Positions 18,058 through 27,937 of a stretch of DNA of 64,000 bases are shown here, piece after piece (positions within the stretch are counted from its first letter, which is position 1; every line of letters begins with the position of its first letter). The notes beneath the pieces were generated by a model. The model did not search any database and was not told where the DNA came from. It saw nothing but the letters and a program-made list of their open reading frames with translations. Source of the DNA: an uncultured Solirubrobacterales bacterium (GTDB taxonomy: Bacteria > Actinomycetota > Thermoleophilia > Solirubrobacterales > Solirubrobacteraceae); contig CAWJND010000003.1 in the NCBI GenBank assembly GCA_963844095.1, positions 557,924 through 621,923 on the forward strand, written 5' to 3'. Made by a program: the position numbers and the translations under genes.

Positions 18058-19521
18058 ATGTCCACATTTGCTTTTTCTTCCCGTAAGGAGTTTCTCAACC
18101 GTCGCGCCGACCTCGAGCGCCTCGAGGATTGGTGGGATGGAGGGGATCGCAACGCGCTTGTGCTCTACGGTCGCCGTCGGGTTGGCAAGTCCTGGCTCTT
18201 TCGCGCGTTTGCAGACGGGAAGCCGGCTGTTGTGCTGGTGGCCGAGCGTCGAGCCGAAGGCGCTCAGCTCAAGCGCTTTTCCGATCAGCTGGAGTCATAT
18301 CTGGGTGTAAGGCCGGATCTGAGCGATCTGCCGGCATTGATCGCCGCGCTGTACAAGCTGGCTGAGCAAGAAAAGACGCTCGCGATCATCGATGAGCTTC
18401 CCTACCTACTGCCTACGCGTAGCGAGCGACGCTACGAGGTCCTGACCGCGGTGCAGGCCGTCATGGAGGAGCGCGGTACCTCCAAGCTCAAGCTGGTGCT
18501 GTGCGGCTCCTATATAGGCCAGATGACGGCATTGCTCTCGGAGGCCAGCCCACTGCGTGGTCGCCTGACGCCGCTGGCGGTGGAACCGCTGCGCTTCGCG
18601 GAGGCACAGGCTTTTATCGAGGACTCGGACCCGCGTGGGCGCATCGAGAGCTATGCAGTGGCCGGCGGTACCAGCCTCTACCTCGATGAGCTTGCGCGGG
18701 GTAGAGGCGACCTGCGCGCACGCGTGTGCGAGCGTGTTCTGAATCCGCGTGGGCCACTGTTCAACGATCCGCGCGAGATCCTCGAAGAAGAGCTGCGTCA
18801 GCCGGGAATCTATTTCTCGCTGCTGGAGGAGTTGGCCTCGGGTGGGCGTGCGATCGGCGATCTGGCCACAGCGCTTGGCAAGCGCACGCGCGATCTCGGT
18901 CCTTACCTCGAGTCGCTTGAAGAGATGCGACTTGTCGAGAAGATTGCCCCGGTGACTGCCCGGCACGCGCAGCGTGATCATCGCTTTCGTCTGGCCGATG
19001 GCTTCATGCGCTTCTGGTTTCGCTTCGTGTTCAACTTCCAAGAGGATCTACGTACGGGTCTGCAACCGAAAGACCACTATGACGGTGAGATCGCGCCTGT
19101 TCTCTCCGAACATGTGGCGCCGGTATTCGAGGGTCTCTGTCGCGAATGGACGCGTAGTGAGTTGGGTGGCATCGCAAGTCGGGTGGGCTCGTGGTGGGGT
19201 AGCTCGCTCAACGAGCTGCGACGATCCGGACAGCGTCAGACAGAGGAGATCGACGTTGTGGGCCTTCGCCGTGGCGTGGTCACGGTCGTGGGGGAGTGCA
19301 AGTGGACCGCGAAGCAGATGACGGTGCAGACGTTCGAGGATTTGAAGACGTTCAAGTTGTCGGCGATGCGTCAGGCAAAGGTCAGATTCGCCGGCGAGGG
19401 CCCGCTTGTCCTGCTGTTCTCCAAGTCCGGCTTTACAAGAAGCCTGGTCGAGCTCGCTGCGGAGCATGAGGACGTACGCCTCGTCTGGCTAGACGAGTTG
19501 GTCGCGGGTCTGGTGGGTTGA
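18058..19521 (+). CDS. Archaeal-type AAA+ ATPase with winged HTH and DUF234/PD-(D/E)XK domain
   Basis: YGRRRVGKS Walker A, IIDELPYL Walker B, DGFMRFWFRFV, EEIDVVG..VGECKW. Confidence 0.9.
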   Translation: MSTFAFSSRKEFLNRRADLERLEDWWDGGDRNALVLYGRRRVGKSWLFRAFADGKPAVVLVAERRAEGAQLKRFSDQLESYLGVRPDLSDLPALIAALYKLAEQEKTLAIIDELPYLLPTRSERRYEVLTAVQAVMEERGTSKLKLVLCGSYIGQMTALLSEASPLRGRLTPLAVEPLRFAEAQAFIEDSDPRGRIESYAVAGGTSLYLDELARGRGDLRARVCERVLNPRGPLFNDPREILEEELRQPGIYFSLLEELASGGRAIGDLATALGKRTRDLGPYLESLEEMRLVEKIAPVTARHAQRDHRFRLADGFMRFWFRFVFNFQEDLRTGLQPKDHYDGEIAPVLSEHVAPVFEGLCREWTRSELGGIASRVGSWWGSSLNELRRSGQRQTEEIDVVGLRRGVVTVVGECKWTAKQMTVQTFEDLKTFKLSAMRQAKVRFAGEGPLVLLFSKSGFTRSLVELAAEHEDVRLVWLDELVAGLVG

Positions 19522-19524
19522 GAG

Positions 19525-20688
19525 CTAGGCGGCTCGTCCGTGCGCGTAGCTCTCTAGCACGATCTCAAGCGAGCCCTCCAGCGACAGCAGCTCGGCGTTC
19601 TGCGCAAACCAGCGTGCCGTGCTCTCGCGCATCGCCATGCCCGCCTCGTGCACGCGCACGATCGCCTCAGCGATCGCCTCCGGGTCGGCGCTGGAGGCAA
19701 TCACGCCGTTGACGCCCTCCTGCACCAGCTCGACGGCGGCGTTGTCGGGCGCGGCGACCACCACCGACGGGGTCGCGTGGGCCGAGGCCTCGACCACGAC
19801 CATGCCGTAGCCCTCGCGCTCGGACGGCAAAAGGACGCACAGGGCACTGCCCATGTCAGCATCCACCTGCTCGCTCTCGCCGAACCCGGGCGCGGAGATG
19901 AAGGCGCCAGCATTGTGCTCTGCGATGGCGGTGTCGAGGGCATCGCGCTCAGGGCCGTCGCCGTAGAACACGCCGCGCAGGCCCTCAATTCGCTGCGCGG
20001 CTTGCGCCACGGCCGCCACGCCGACGGTGACTCGCTTCTCGGGGATCAGCCGTCCTGCGAACAGCACAAACGGCGATGCCCCCCGCGCGCGTGGGGGGCC
20101 TGCTGTTTTTCGGCTATCCGCATATAGCCCTCGCAGCACCGTGGTCGGACCGCGCAGGCCCAGCTCACGCAAGCGCTTCGCGTGCAGCTCAGAGAAACAG
20201 AAAGCACGCTGCGGGACCCGCGCGCACATCCACTGCACGAGCTCGCCCACGCGCCCGCCGAGGCCGCCCAGATAGCCACGCCAGTATTGGCGAGACCACA
20301 CCTCAAACCAGTCGACGACGAGGCCGTAGCGTCCGAGCGGGCGCGCCACCGCCGCGGCCAGCAGCGAGAAGTAGGGAAAGGCGCACGTGTGTACGACGTC
20401 GTAGGAGCGCCCGTGGCGCAACAGGTGCCAGAGCACGCCGACTCCGAATACCAGCGGCGGCAGGATACGCCTGCGCGGGCCCGTGTAGAGCGCCATGCGC
20501 GGTCCCGCTACGACGACGCGGATGCGCGGGTCGACGTCTAGAGGCGTCCCACGCGGCCACTGGCGCAGCGTGAGATACGTCACTTCATGCCCCTCGTCGA
20601 CAAGGCGCTCGGCCAGGTTGCGGTACCAGCGCTCGGCTCCGCCCACCGTGTAGGGGAATAGGCAGTCGTAGATCAGGCAGATGCGCAT
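19525..20688 (-). CDS. Glycosyltransferase family 4
   Basis: GGAERW, FAGRLIPEK, PSEREGYGMVVVEA. Confidence 0.92.
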   Translation of the reverse strand: MRICLIYDCLFPYTVGGAERWYRNLAERLVDEGHEVTYLTLRQWPRGTPLDVDPRIRVVVAGPRMALYTGPRRRILPPLVFGVGVLWHLLRHGRSYDVVHTCAFPYFSLLAAAVARPLGRYGLVVDWFEVWSRQYWRGYLGGLGGRVGELVQWMCARVPQRAFCFSELHAKRLRELGLRGPTTVLRGLYADSRKTAGPPRARGASPFVLFAGRLIPEKRVTVGVAAVAQAAQRIEGLRGVFYGDGPERDALDTAIAEHNAGAFISAPGFGESEQVDADMGSALCVLLPSEREGYGMVVVEASAHATPSVVVAAPDNAAVELVQEGVNGVIASSADPEAIAEAIVRVHEAGMAMRESTARWFAQNAELLSLEGSLEIVLESYAHGRAA

Positions 20689-20880
20689 GGGGCCGCCGCC
20701 AGAATAGCCGCAGGCTTGGAGCCTTGAGCGGGACTGTCAGGGCGCCTCCGCGGCGTCCGATAGGATTTCGAAGCGAAAAGCGTCCGTTCTTGAGATCACG
20801 GTGCGCTGCTTTTCGAGCCGCGGAGGGTTATCTCCGCTACAGCCGAACCTGCAAAGAGTGGGCGCTGGACGAACTAGACC

Positions 20881-22071
20881 ATGAGCACCGCACAGAAGAG
20901 TAGGTCCTCGCTTGCCGAGGCCCCCGAAGAAAACGCATCGACGCTTCTGTCGGTTGTGATCCCCTGCCTGAACGAGGAGGAGAACATCGAGGAGTGCGTG
21001 CGCACGGCGCTTGGCGTGCTCGAGCAGAAGGGGATCGACGGCGAGGTGCTCGTCGTCGACAACGCCTCCGAAGACAACTCGGCCGCGCTTGCCGTCGCCG
21101 CCGGGGCCCGCGTCGTCTCAGAACCGCGTCGCGGCTATGGCAGCGCCTACCTGGCCGGCTTTGCCGCCGCACGCGGGCGCTACATCGTGATGGCCGACGC
21201 CGACTTGACCTATGACTTCAACGAGATCCCGCGCTTCGTCGCCGAGCTCGAAGGTGGCGCGGAGCTGGTGATGGGCGACCGCATGGACAACATCCAGCCC
21301 GGCGCGATGCCTTGGTTGCACCGCTACATCGGCAATCCGATCCTCACGGGGCTACTCAACCTGTTCTTCCGCACTGGGGTCAAGGATGCCCACTGCGGCA
21401 TGCGCGCGCTGCGCACCGACGTGCTGCCGCGGCTCGACCTGCGCACGACCGGCATGGAGTTCGCCTCGGAGATGGTGATCAGGGCCTCCAAGGAGAAACT
21501 GAAGATCGCTGAGTTCCCGATCGAATACCACCCGCGTGGCGGCGAGTCGAAGCTGTCGAGCTTCAGCGATGGCTGGCGCCATCTGCGTTTTTTGCTCGTG
21601 CACTCGCCCACCCACCTGTTCATCGTGCCGGGCACCGCTCTCGCCGGCATCGGCACCTTGATCGTGGCGCTCGTCGGGGGTGGGTTGGATTTTTTTGGGC
21701 GTTCCTGGGGTATTCACGCGCTGATCGGTGGAGCCCTGCTGATGGTGGTCGGCACGCAGGTGCTCGCGCTCGGTCTGTGTGCGCACGCCTATGGCACGTA
21801 CTACATGGGCGAGCGTGACCCCTGGTTCGACAAGATGCGTGCGCGCTTCAGGCTCGAGCACGGGCTGGCGCTCGGCGGCTTGGTGTTGCTCCTGGGACTC
21901 ATCCTTGGCGGCATCATCGTGGGCACGTGGATCTCGCACGGGCTCGGCACGCTCGCCGACGAACACATGGCGGTCGTGGCCGCAACGCTGATCATCGTCG
22001 GTATCCAGATCTTCTTCTCGTCATTTCTCCTGTCGATCCTCGGTTTGCGTCGCTCTGACTCGGCCCGGTAG
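20881..22071 (+). CDS. GT2 polyprenol-phosphate glycosyltransferase (DPM1-like) with C-terminal membrane helices
   Basis: VVIPCLNEE, RGYGSAY, MADADLTYD, GMEFASEM, RGGESKL..DGWRH. Confidence 0.9.
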   Translation: MSTAQKSRSSLAEAPEENASTLLSVVIPCLNEEENIEECVRTALGVLEQKGIDGEVLVVDNASEDNSAALAVAAGARVVSEPRRGYGSAYLAGFAAARGRYIVMADADLTYDFNEIPRFVAELEGGAELVMGDRMDNIQPGAMPWLHRYIGNPILTGLLNLFFRTGVKDAHCGMRALRTDVLPRLDLRTTGMEFASEMVIRASKEKLKIAEFPIEYHPRGGESKLSSFSDGWRHLRFLLVHSPTHLFIVPGTALAGIGTLIVALVGGGLDFFGRSWGIHALIGGALLMVVGTQVLALGLCAHAYGTYYMGERDPWFDKMRARFRLEHGLALGGLVLLLGLILGGIIVGTWISHGLGTLADEHMAVVAATLIIVGIQIFFSSFLLSILGLRRSDSAR

Positions 22072-22089
22072 CTCGGTAGTCGCCCAACG

Positions 22090-24504
22090 ATGAGCTTCCT
22101 GATGGTCGTGGTCGGGTTTCCGCTGCTGCTGGCGGTCCTCGCGCTTGGCGCTGGCCTGCTGGTCGAGCGGATCGTCGGTATCAGGCTGCCGTTCATATTG
22201 CTGGCGCCGCTTGGATTCGGCGCGCTGATTGTCGTCTCTCAGTTCACGACTTGGCCGCCATCCACGACGCTTGCTCCGCTGACTCCGTGGATCTTGCTGG
22301 CGCTGGCCCTGTTGGGATTCGTGCTTGCCTGGCGGAACGGCCTGGCCGGGCGCTTGCGTGGCCGCGGGAGTGGCTGGTGGCTGGCGCCCGGCGCAGCGAT
22401 TGCCGCCTACCTGACCGTTAGCGCCCCGATCATCGCCGCTGGACGCTTGACTTTCCCGGGCTACCTGCTCGACACAACGGGGTCGATCCAGATAATGGGC
22501 GCCGAGCGGCTGCTGCACCACGGACGTGAATTCACGAGTGGATTCCCAGGCTATGGCGCAACCCTCGTCGCGTACTTCGGCAATGGCTATCCCTCCGGTG
22601 GCCACACCGTGCTTGGGTCGGTTGGTTGGCTTTCTGGACAGAACCTGTTGTGGCTGTACGCGCCCTTCCAAGCGGCTGAGCTCGCGTTTGCTGCACTGGT
22701 GTTGGCGTTCCTGGCTCGGAGTGCTGGTCTGTCGCGCCCGGCGGCGGCGATCACTGGCTGGCTGGCGGCCATTCCCGCGCTCGTCTACTCCTACGCGCTG
22801 ATGGGCTCGATCAAGGAGATCACGGTGCTGCCGATGCTGCTCTTGATGGGGGCCTGCGTCGTGCTCGCCCCGCGGCTTGCCCGCGCAGGGGTGCGCGGCG
22901 CGTTGCCTTTTGCCATCGCCGGTGCCGCGTCGCTTGGCGCGATCGGCATCGCCGCGTCGCCTTGGGTGGGGTTGCTGTTGCTTGCCGTTCTGGCGTTCGC
23001 GGCTCCGGTGGTGATGCTCAGACGCCACCGTGTCAGGGTGTTGGCTCTGAGCGCCGTGGTGACGGGCGGAATGACGGCCGTACTGGCGCTGCCGACGCTG
23101 GGACCGCTGTCGACCACCTTGGCCCTGGCCAAGAACGTCTCGAGCACGGACGCGCAGGCGGCGTCTGATCCCGGGAATCTGCTGCGCCCGCTGCGCATCG
23201 CCCAGGCACTTGGTATCTGGCTTGGCGAATCGCATCGCATCGAACCGCGCTTTCTCAATCAGACCTACCTGGTGATCGGCGTCGTCGCGGTGTGCGCGAT
23301 CCTCGGCGTGCTGTGGTTGGTGCGCAGGCGGGCTTTTGGGGTGCTTGCGTTTGCGCTGATCTTTCTCATCGTGTGGGAGTTCCTGCGCCGTCATGGAACC
23401 GAGTGGACCGACGCCAAGGTGCTGATGCTGCTCTCGCCCGTGGTGATGCTGGTCGCGCTGATCGGGGCGTTCAGCATCAGAGGTGGACGTAGCATCGAGG
23501 GTGCGCTCGTAGCCGGCGTGATCGCGCTCGGGGTGTTCGGCTCGGACGCGCTTGCCTATCACGCGACTGGGCTGGCGCCGACTCAGCGCTACACCGAACT
23601 GAGCGCGATCGGAGAGCACTTCTCCGGTCAAGGGCCGACTTTGCTCACCGACTTCGACGAATACGGGCTGTACCTGCTGCGCGAGGTGCAGGTCAACTCG
23701 CCCGGCTATGCCTATCGCGGTGTGATGACTTTGGACAACGGAGCGCCCCCGCAGTATGGCCACAGCTACGACGTAGATCAGATATCCCAGGCGACGTTGC
23801 AGCAGTATCCGCTGCTGGTGATGCGTCGCTCGCCGATCTGGAGCCGTCCGCCGAGCAACTACAACGAGGTTTGGAGCGGGCCCTCATGGCAGGTGTGGCG
23901 TCGTGTTGGCCCGGCGCCGTTGGTTCATGTGGCGGTCGGCGAAGGCTCACAGCCGGCGGCTATCCCGCAATGCAAGAAGGTGAGCTCGCTGGCGCGAGTC
24001 GCCCGGCACGACGGCAGGCGGCTGGTGGTCGCCGAACGTCCTCCCAACATCGTGTTGAACATGGCCGAAGCGGTGCGTTCGCCCGACACGGCGATCCTTT
24101 CCGACTTGGAGGGTCAGCCGCTGCTTGTGATCGAGCTGCCCGCACGCGTGGAATTGAGCTTTAAGGTGGCGAAGGCCGGTCGCTACCGACTCTGGCTGGG
24201 CGGCAACATGGATCGTCCCCTCCACGTTTCGATCGATGGGCGCCTGGTGGGCGTGCCAAGCGAGCAGTTCGGCGGCGATGAGAACAAGTATCCGGTCGCC
24301 ATCGTGAGCCTGAGCGCCGGCAAGCACAAGCTCACGATGCTCAGAGGCGGCGGAACATTGCAACCTGGCGACAGGGCCTCGGCCGTGATCGACGGGGGCA
24401 TCCTGGAGCCGCTGGAAGCCGAACACGAGACGCTAAGGCGCGTTGCCCCGAGCGCGTGGCACTCACTCTGCGCGCGCTGGCTGGACTGGATCGAGGTCGC
24501 CTGA
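22090..24504 (+). CDS. Large polytopic membrane protein, GT-C-like, with extracellular C-terminal domain
   Basis: Many TM segments, early loop with YLLDTTGS and GYPSG, soluble C-terminal third; adjacent to the DPM1-like gene. Confidence 0.6.
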   Translation: MSFLMVVVGFPLLLAVLALGAGLLVERIVGIRLPFILLAPLGFGALIVVSQFTTWPPSTTLAPLTPWILLALALLGFVLAWRNGLAGRLRGRGSGWWLAPGAAIAAYLTVSAPIIAAGRLTFPGYLLDTTGSIQIMGAERLLHHGREFTSGFPGYGATLVAYFGNGYPSGGHTVLGSVGWLSGQNLLWLYAPFQAAELAFAALVLAFLARSAGLSRPAAAITGWLAAIPALVYSYALMGSIKEITVLPMLLLMGACVVLAPRLARAGVRGALPFAIAGAASLGAIGIAASPWVGLLLLAVLAFAAPVVMLRRHRVRVLALSAVVTGGMTAVLALPTLGPLSTTLALAKNVSSTDAQAASDPGNLLRPLRIAQALGIWLGESHRIEPRFLNQTYLVIGVVAVCAILGVLWLVRRRAFGVLAFALIFLIVWEFLRRHGTEWTDAKVLMLLSPVVMLVALIGAFSIRGGRSIEGALVAGVIALGVFGSDALAYHATGLAPTQRYTELSAIGEHFSGQGPTLLTDFDEYGLYLLREVQVNSPGYAYRGVMTLDNGAPPQYGHSYDVDQISQATLQQYPLLVMRRSPIWSRPPSNYNEVWSGPSWQVWRRVGPAPLVHVAVGEGSQPAAIPQCKKVSSLARVARHDGRRLVVAERPPNIVLNMAEAVRSPDTAILSDLEGQPLLVIELPARVELSFKVAKAGRYRLWLGGNMDRPLHVSIDGRLVGVPSEQFGGDENKYPVAIVSLSAGKHKLTMLRGGGTLQPGDRASAVIDGGILEPLEAEHETLRRVAPSAWHSLCARWLDWIEVA

Positions 24505-24552
24505 GGAACAACCTAGTTGGATCGCCCGATCGGCTCTACACACCTCTGTCGT

Positions 24553-26760
24553 TCAACTGCTGCCCAATCGTGCCAGTTCGCGCTCGCGTAGCGCATGGCG
24601 CAAGCCGGCTTCCACCTCGTCGGTCGCGTGCTCCCAGGTATGTGAGGCGACGAACTCAATTCCTTCGCGCGAGCGGCGCTGCCAGCGCTCGCGGTCTGAG
24701 AGCAGACGTTCGAGCGCGTCGGCGATCGCCTGTGGCTGCAACGGCGCGAGATCGAGCGGTCCGTCCTCGCCAAAGATCGACTCGGCGCTGACGCCGGCAA
24801 GCTCGACGCACGGAAGCCCGCAGGCGAGCATCTCCTTCGGCATCAGCGAGAAGTTCGTAAGCGACAGGCACAGGCCGGCGGTTGCCTCGGAGTAGAGCCG
24901 TGCGAGTTGCGGTGTGCTGAGCACGCCCAAGTGCTCATAGGGGAACGCGGCATGCAGAGCTTTGTCGGTGCCGAACAGCACGATGCGCGCATCCGGGCGG
25001 CGGCGATGCAGCTCGGCGAGCGCCATCAAGCCGATCGGCACGGCTCGCCTGGGGGTGGAATGGCGCGCGTAGTAGACAATCGTGTCACGCCTGCGCTCGA
25101 CCGGCAGCGGACGATAGGTGTCACCGTCCACGCCCAGCTGAAAAGCGTCAGCGCTTGCCCCGTAGCGCTCAATCAGCAGATCGCGCAACCAGGGGCTGGC
25201 GGCGATGCAGTGCAGACCGTGGCGGTACGTGTCCTCAGCTAGTACGTGCTCAGTGGAGGTCGCATAGAACTCTGGCTCGTGGTCGTTGACGATGTAGGCG
25301 CGCGCGCGAGTGCCCCCGAGGCCGAGCGTCGCGTGCACGGTCTGCCAGCCGGTGGCGATCGCCACATCGGCGCCCTGCCAGGAGTCGAAACCTTTGTATA
25401 CGGGGCCCTGGAATGTGGCGAAGAACTCGTTGATGTCGTGACGCAACACCGCCGGCCACAGGTCGCGAGCGTGGCCGTGGTAGTCGGCTAGCCAGACGCT
25501 GCAGGCGTGCCCGCGTTGCTCTAGGCGGGAGAAGATCTGAAACAGCGTGTTGTGCCCGCCGCTGCCACGGCTGAATGGCGGGATCACCAGAGCCAGGCGC
25601 AGGCGCTCGCGCTCGGCCATGCCGGGCAGCGGGTCCAGTAGCGGCGCGGGGCCGTTCTGCCAGACGCGTGCAACGACGTCGTAGTCGTCGCGCTCGAGCA
25701 TCTGGTCGACGTGCTCAACCGCCGGCAGCTCCGGGGGTTGGCGGTCGGTGCTGGGAGTGTCCAATCCCTTGTGGGTCTCACCACCACCTGGTGCTTGCCC
25801 GTTTGCGGAGGCGCCCATTGTCGCGGTGCGCTCGCCCGCCGCTTCGTCGCGTCCCTCCAGCGAGAGCCTGCGTCGCAGCGGCGCGGGAACCCGCTCCGAG
25901 CGCGAGCCGAGCGCCGAGAAGACGCGGCGACCGCCATGGTGGGCGATCGCGCGGGGCGTCCAGCGAGCCCGCGTGCCCGCGCCGACGCCCCGCTCGGCCA
26001 TCCAGCGGCGGTCGGCCGCCACCTCGTGGCCCACGTGGCGGGCCGCGGCGACGGGATGAAACGGCTCGACGTGGCCCTTGGTCTCGCGTAGGCCGCGGTA
26101 CTCGTCGAAATAGCGACGCATGAACTCGAGCGTGCCGTAGTCGTGAGCATGCAGGACCGCTGCGCCGGGGTGGTAGACCTTCGACCAACCCGCCTCCAGT
26201 AGGTCGCCGCCGAATGCCTGATCCTCGGAGTAGGCGACCTCACGGAAGCGGATCTCCTCCCAGCAGTCGCGCCTGTAGCAGGCGTTGACGTTGGAGAGGA
26301 ATGTCGGATCCCCGGCGGACTGCACCACCGGGCGGCCTGAGTCCTCGCCGCCCTGGAAGCCGGCGAAGAACTCGCATAGCTCGCGCGCGATCATCGGGCT
26401 GGTGTCAGGCCGTGGCAGGTGTGGGCCGTAGGCGGCTCCGATGCGTCCCTCGAGCGCGAACGCCTCCTGGTAGGCAGCCAGCCAGCCAGGGCAGGGGGTG
26501 GCGTCCTGCGTCAGGAAGCAGATCAGCTCGCCCGATGTGTGCTGGGCGCCCAGGTTACGGGTCTTGCCGTGGCCAAATTCTTGCGGCTCGATTTGCAACA
26601 GCTCGACGCCGGTTGAGCGGACGATCTCGATCGAGCGGTCGCGCGAGCCTGAGTCGATAACGAGGGTCTCTGTGGCTCCTTCGCGGACAAGCGCGTCGAG
26701 CAGCTCCTCTAGATAGCGCTCCCCGTCCTTGACGGGGATCACCACGGAGACCGTCTTCAC
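24553..26760 (-). CDS. Bifunctional GT2 plus WsaF-like (GT4) rhamnosyltransferase
   Basis: FGHGKTRN, LTQDATP, SEDQ; second domain GSGGHNT, IATGWQT, DHEPEFY, STPRRA, TNFSLMPKEMLACG. Confidence 0.85.
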   Translation of the reverse strand: MKTVSVVIPVKDGERYLEELLDALVREGATETLVIDSGSRDRSIEIVRSTGVELLQIEPQEFGHGKTRNLGAQHTSGELICFLTQDATPCPGWLAAYQEAFALEGRIGAAYGPHLPRPDTSPMIARELCEFFAGFQGGEDSGRPVVQSAGDPTFLSNVNACYRRDCWEEIRFREVAYSEDQAFGGDLLEAGWSKVYHPGAAVLHAHDYGTLEFMRRYFDEYRGLRETKGHVEPFHPVAAARHVGHEVAADRRWMAERGVGAGTRARWTPRAIAHHGGRRVFSALGSRSERVPAPLRRRLSLEGRDEAAGERTATMGASANGQAPGGGETHKGLDTPSTDRQPPELPAVEHVDQMLERDDYDVVARVWQNGPAPLLDPLPGMAERERLRLALVIPPFSRGSGGHNTLFQIFSRLEQRGHACSVWLADYHGHARDLWPAVLRHDINEFFATFQGPVYKGFDSWQGADVAIATGWQTVHATLGLGGTRARAYIVNDHEPEFYATSTEHVLAEDTYRHGLHCIAASPWLRDLLIERYGASADAFQLGVDGDTYRPLPVERRRDTIVYYARHSTPRRAVPIGLMALAELHRRRPDARIVLFGTDKALHAAFPYEHLGVLSTPQLARLYSEATAGLCLSLTNFSLMPKEMLACGLPCVELAGVSAESIFGEDGPLDLAPLQPQAIADALERLLSDRERWQRRSREGIEFVASHTWEHATDEVEAGLRHALRERELARLGSS

Positions 26761-27041
26761 GAGCCCAGCAGACGACGCTTGATCCGCTTGATCCGCCAGA
26801 ACAAAGCTCTGATCGCTCGCAGTGCCAGGCGCACCTCATTGGCGCCGGGACGCTCCATCAGCTTGTTGAGGTCGAGATGCAGGCGGTCGAGCCAGTAGGC
26901 GCGCTCCTGCCACTGGCCGATTACGGCGTTTGTGCTGGCTTGAACCTCCACTAGCTCTGATTCCAGGGCGGCGACGCGCGCGCGCAGAAGCTCGTTTTCG
27001 GCTTGCAGTTGCTGTCCGTTGGATGTCTCGGCGGCACTCAT
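26757..27041 (-). CDS. Small coiled-coil protein with basic amphipathic C-terminus
   Basis: LQAENELLRARVAALESELVEVQ heptads; tightly packed between wzm and the GT gene. Confidence 0.75.
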   Translation of the reverse strand: MSAAETSNGQQLQAENELLRARVAALESELVEVQASTNAVIGQWQERAYWLDRLHLDLNKLMERPGANEVRLALRAIRALFWRIKRIKRRLLGS

Positions 27042-27043
27042 CG

Positions 27044-27937
27044 CTACAGCTTCTCCGATATGAGCGGGGCCTCGCGGTTGAAGTACCACAGACCGAGCAC
27101 AAACAGGACGGCGATGATACCCAGCGGGATCGCAAGGCGTGGGACGCCGCCGAGCGCCTGGGCGGCCGTGGGGCCGGAGTGAAGCAGGGCGTTGCGCGTC
27201 TGCGTGAGGATCGCGCCGATCGGGTTGATCACGAGGATGCGCGAGAAGGGGATGCCGAGGAAGTGATGGTCCTTGGCCGACTGCACCGTGTAGAGGATCG
27301 GCGAGGCGTAGTACAAGAGCTGGGCGAGCACTTCCCAGATCGGCTGCACGTCGCGAAAGCGCACATACAACGCGCTGAGCAGCATGCCCACGCCGACCGA
27401 GAGGGTGACGAGCAGCGCCACCAGCGGGATCAGCTCAAGCCAGCTGACGCTCGGCTCGATGCCTGCCGCAAGGATGAAAATGAACACCACGATCAGGTTC
27501 ATGCAGAGGTTGAAGAAGCAGAAGAGCGCAACCGACAGCGGCACGACCAGGCGTGGGAAGCGGACCTTACGCAGCAGGTTCTCGCGCCCGACGAGGCTCG
27601 GTACGGCCCCGGATGTGGCTTCCTGGAAATAGGTGAAGAGGATGATCGACTCGAGCAGGTATTGGGCATAGTGGGGGACCGGGTTGCCCTTGTTGACTTC
27701 GAGGATCACCGTGAACACGAACAGCGTGACTCCGAAGAACAGCAGCGGGCGCACCAGCGTCCACGCGTAGCCGAGGATCGAGCCGAAGAAGCGCAGCTTG
27801 AATTCGGTGCGGGCGAGCATGAACGTCAGCGACCAGAAGCGCTGGGCACCGCCGCCGAGGGCCGAGGGGCCGTATACGCGGTGGCTTGTGGGGGCTTGCG
27901 GGGGGGCAGGCAGGCCGACCTCTGGCATCGTGCTCAT
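27044..27937 (-). CDS. wzm: ABC-2 polysaccharide exporter permease
   Basis: EFKLRFFGSILGYAWTLVRPL, NLLRKVRFPR, RFRDVQPI, YASPILY, INPI. Confidence 0.93.
   Translation of the reverse strand: MSTMPEVGLPAPPQAPTSHRVYGPSALGGGAQRFWSLTFMLARTEFKLRFFGSILGYAWTLVRPLLFFGVTLFVFTVILEVNKGNPVPHYAQYLLESIILFTYFQEATSGAVPSLVGRENLLRKVRFPRLVVPLSVALFCFFNLCMNLIVVFIFILAAGIEPSVSWLELIPLVALLVTLSVGVGMLLSALYVRFRDVQPIWEVLAQLLYYASPILYTVQSAKDHHFLGIPFSRILVINPIGAILTQTRNALLHSGPTAAQALGGVPRLAIPLGIIAVLFVLGLWYFNREAPLISEKL

Noticed and set aside
20774-20815. Imperfect hairpin CGAAAAGC...GCTTTTCG as ncRNA or REP
   Set aside because: Single copy, weak stem, no further support
22021-23763. 580-aa minus-strand ORF
   Set aside because: Antisense shadow of the membrane protein, expected at high GC; no recognisable motifs
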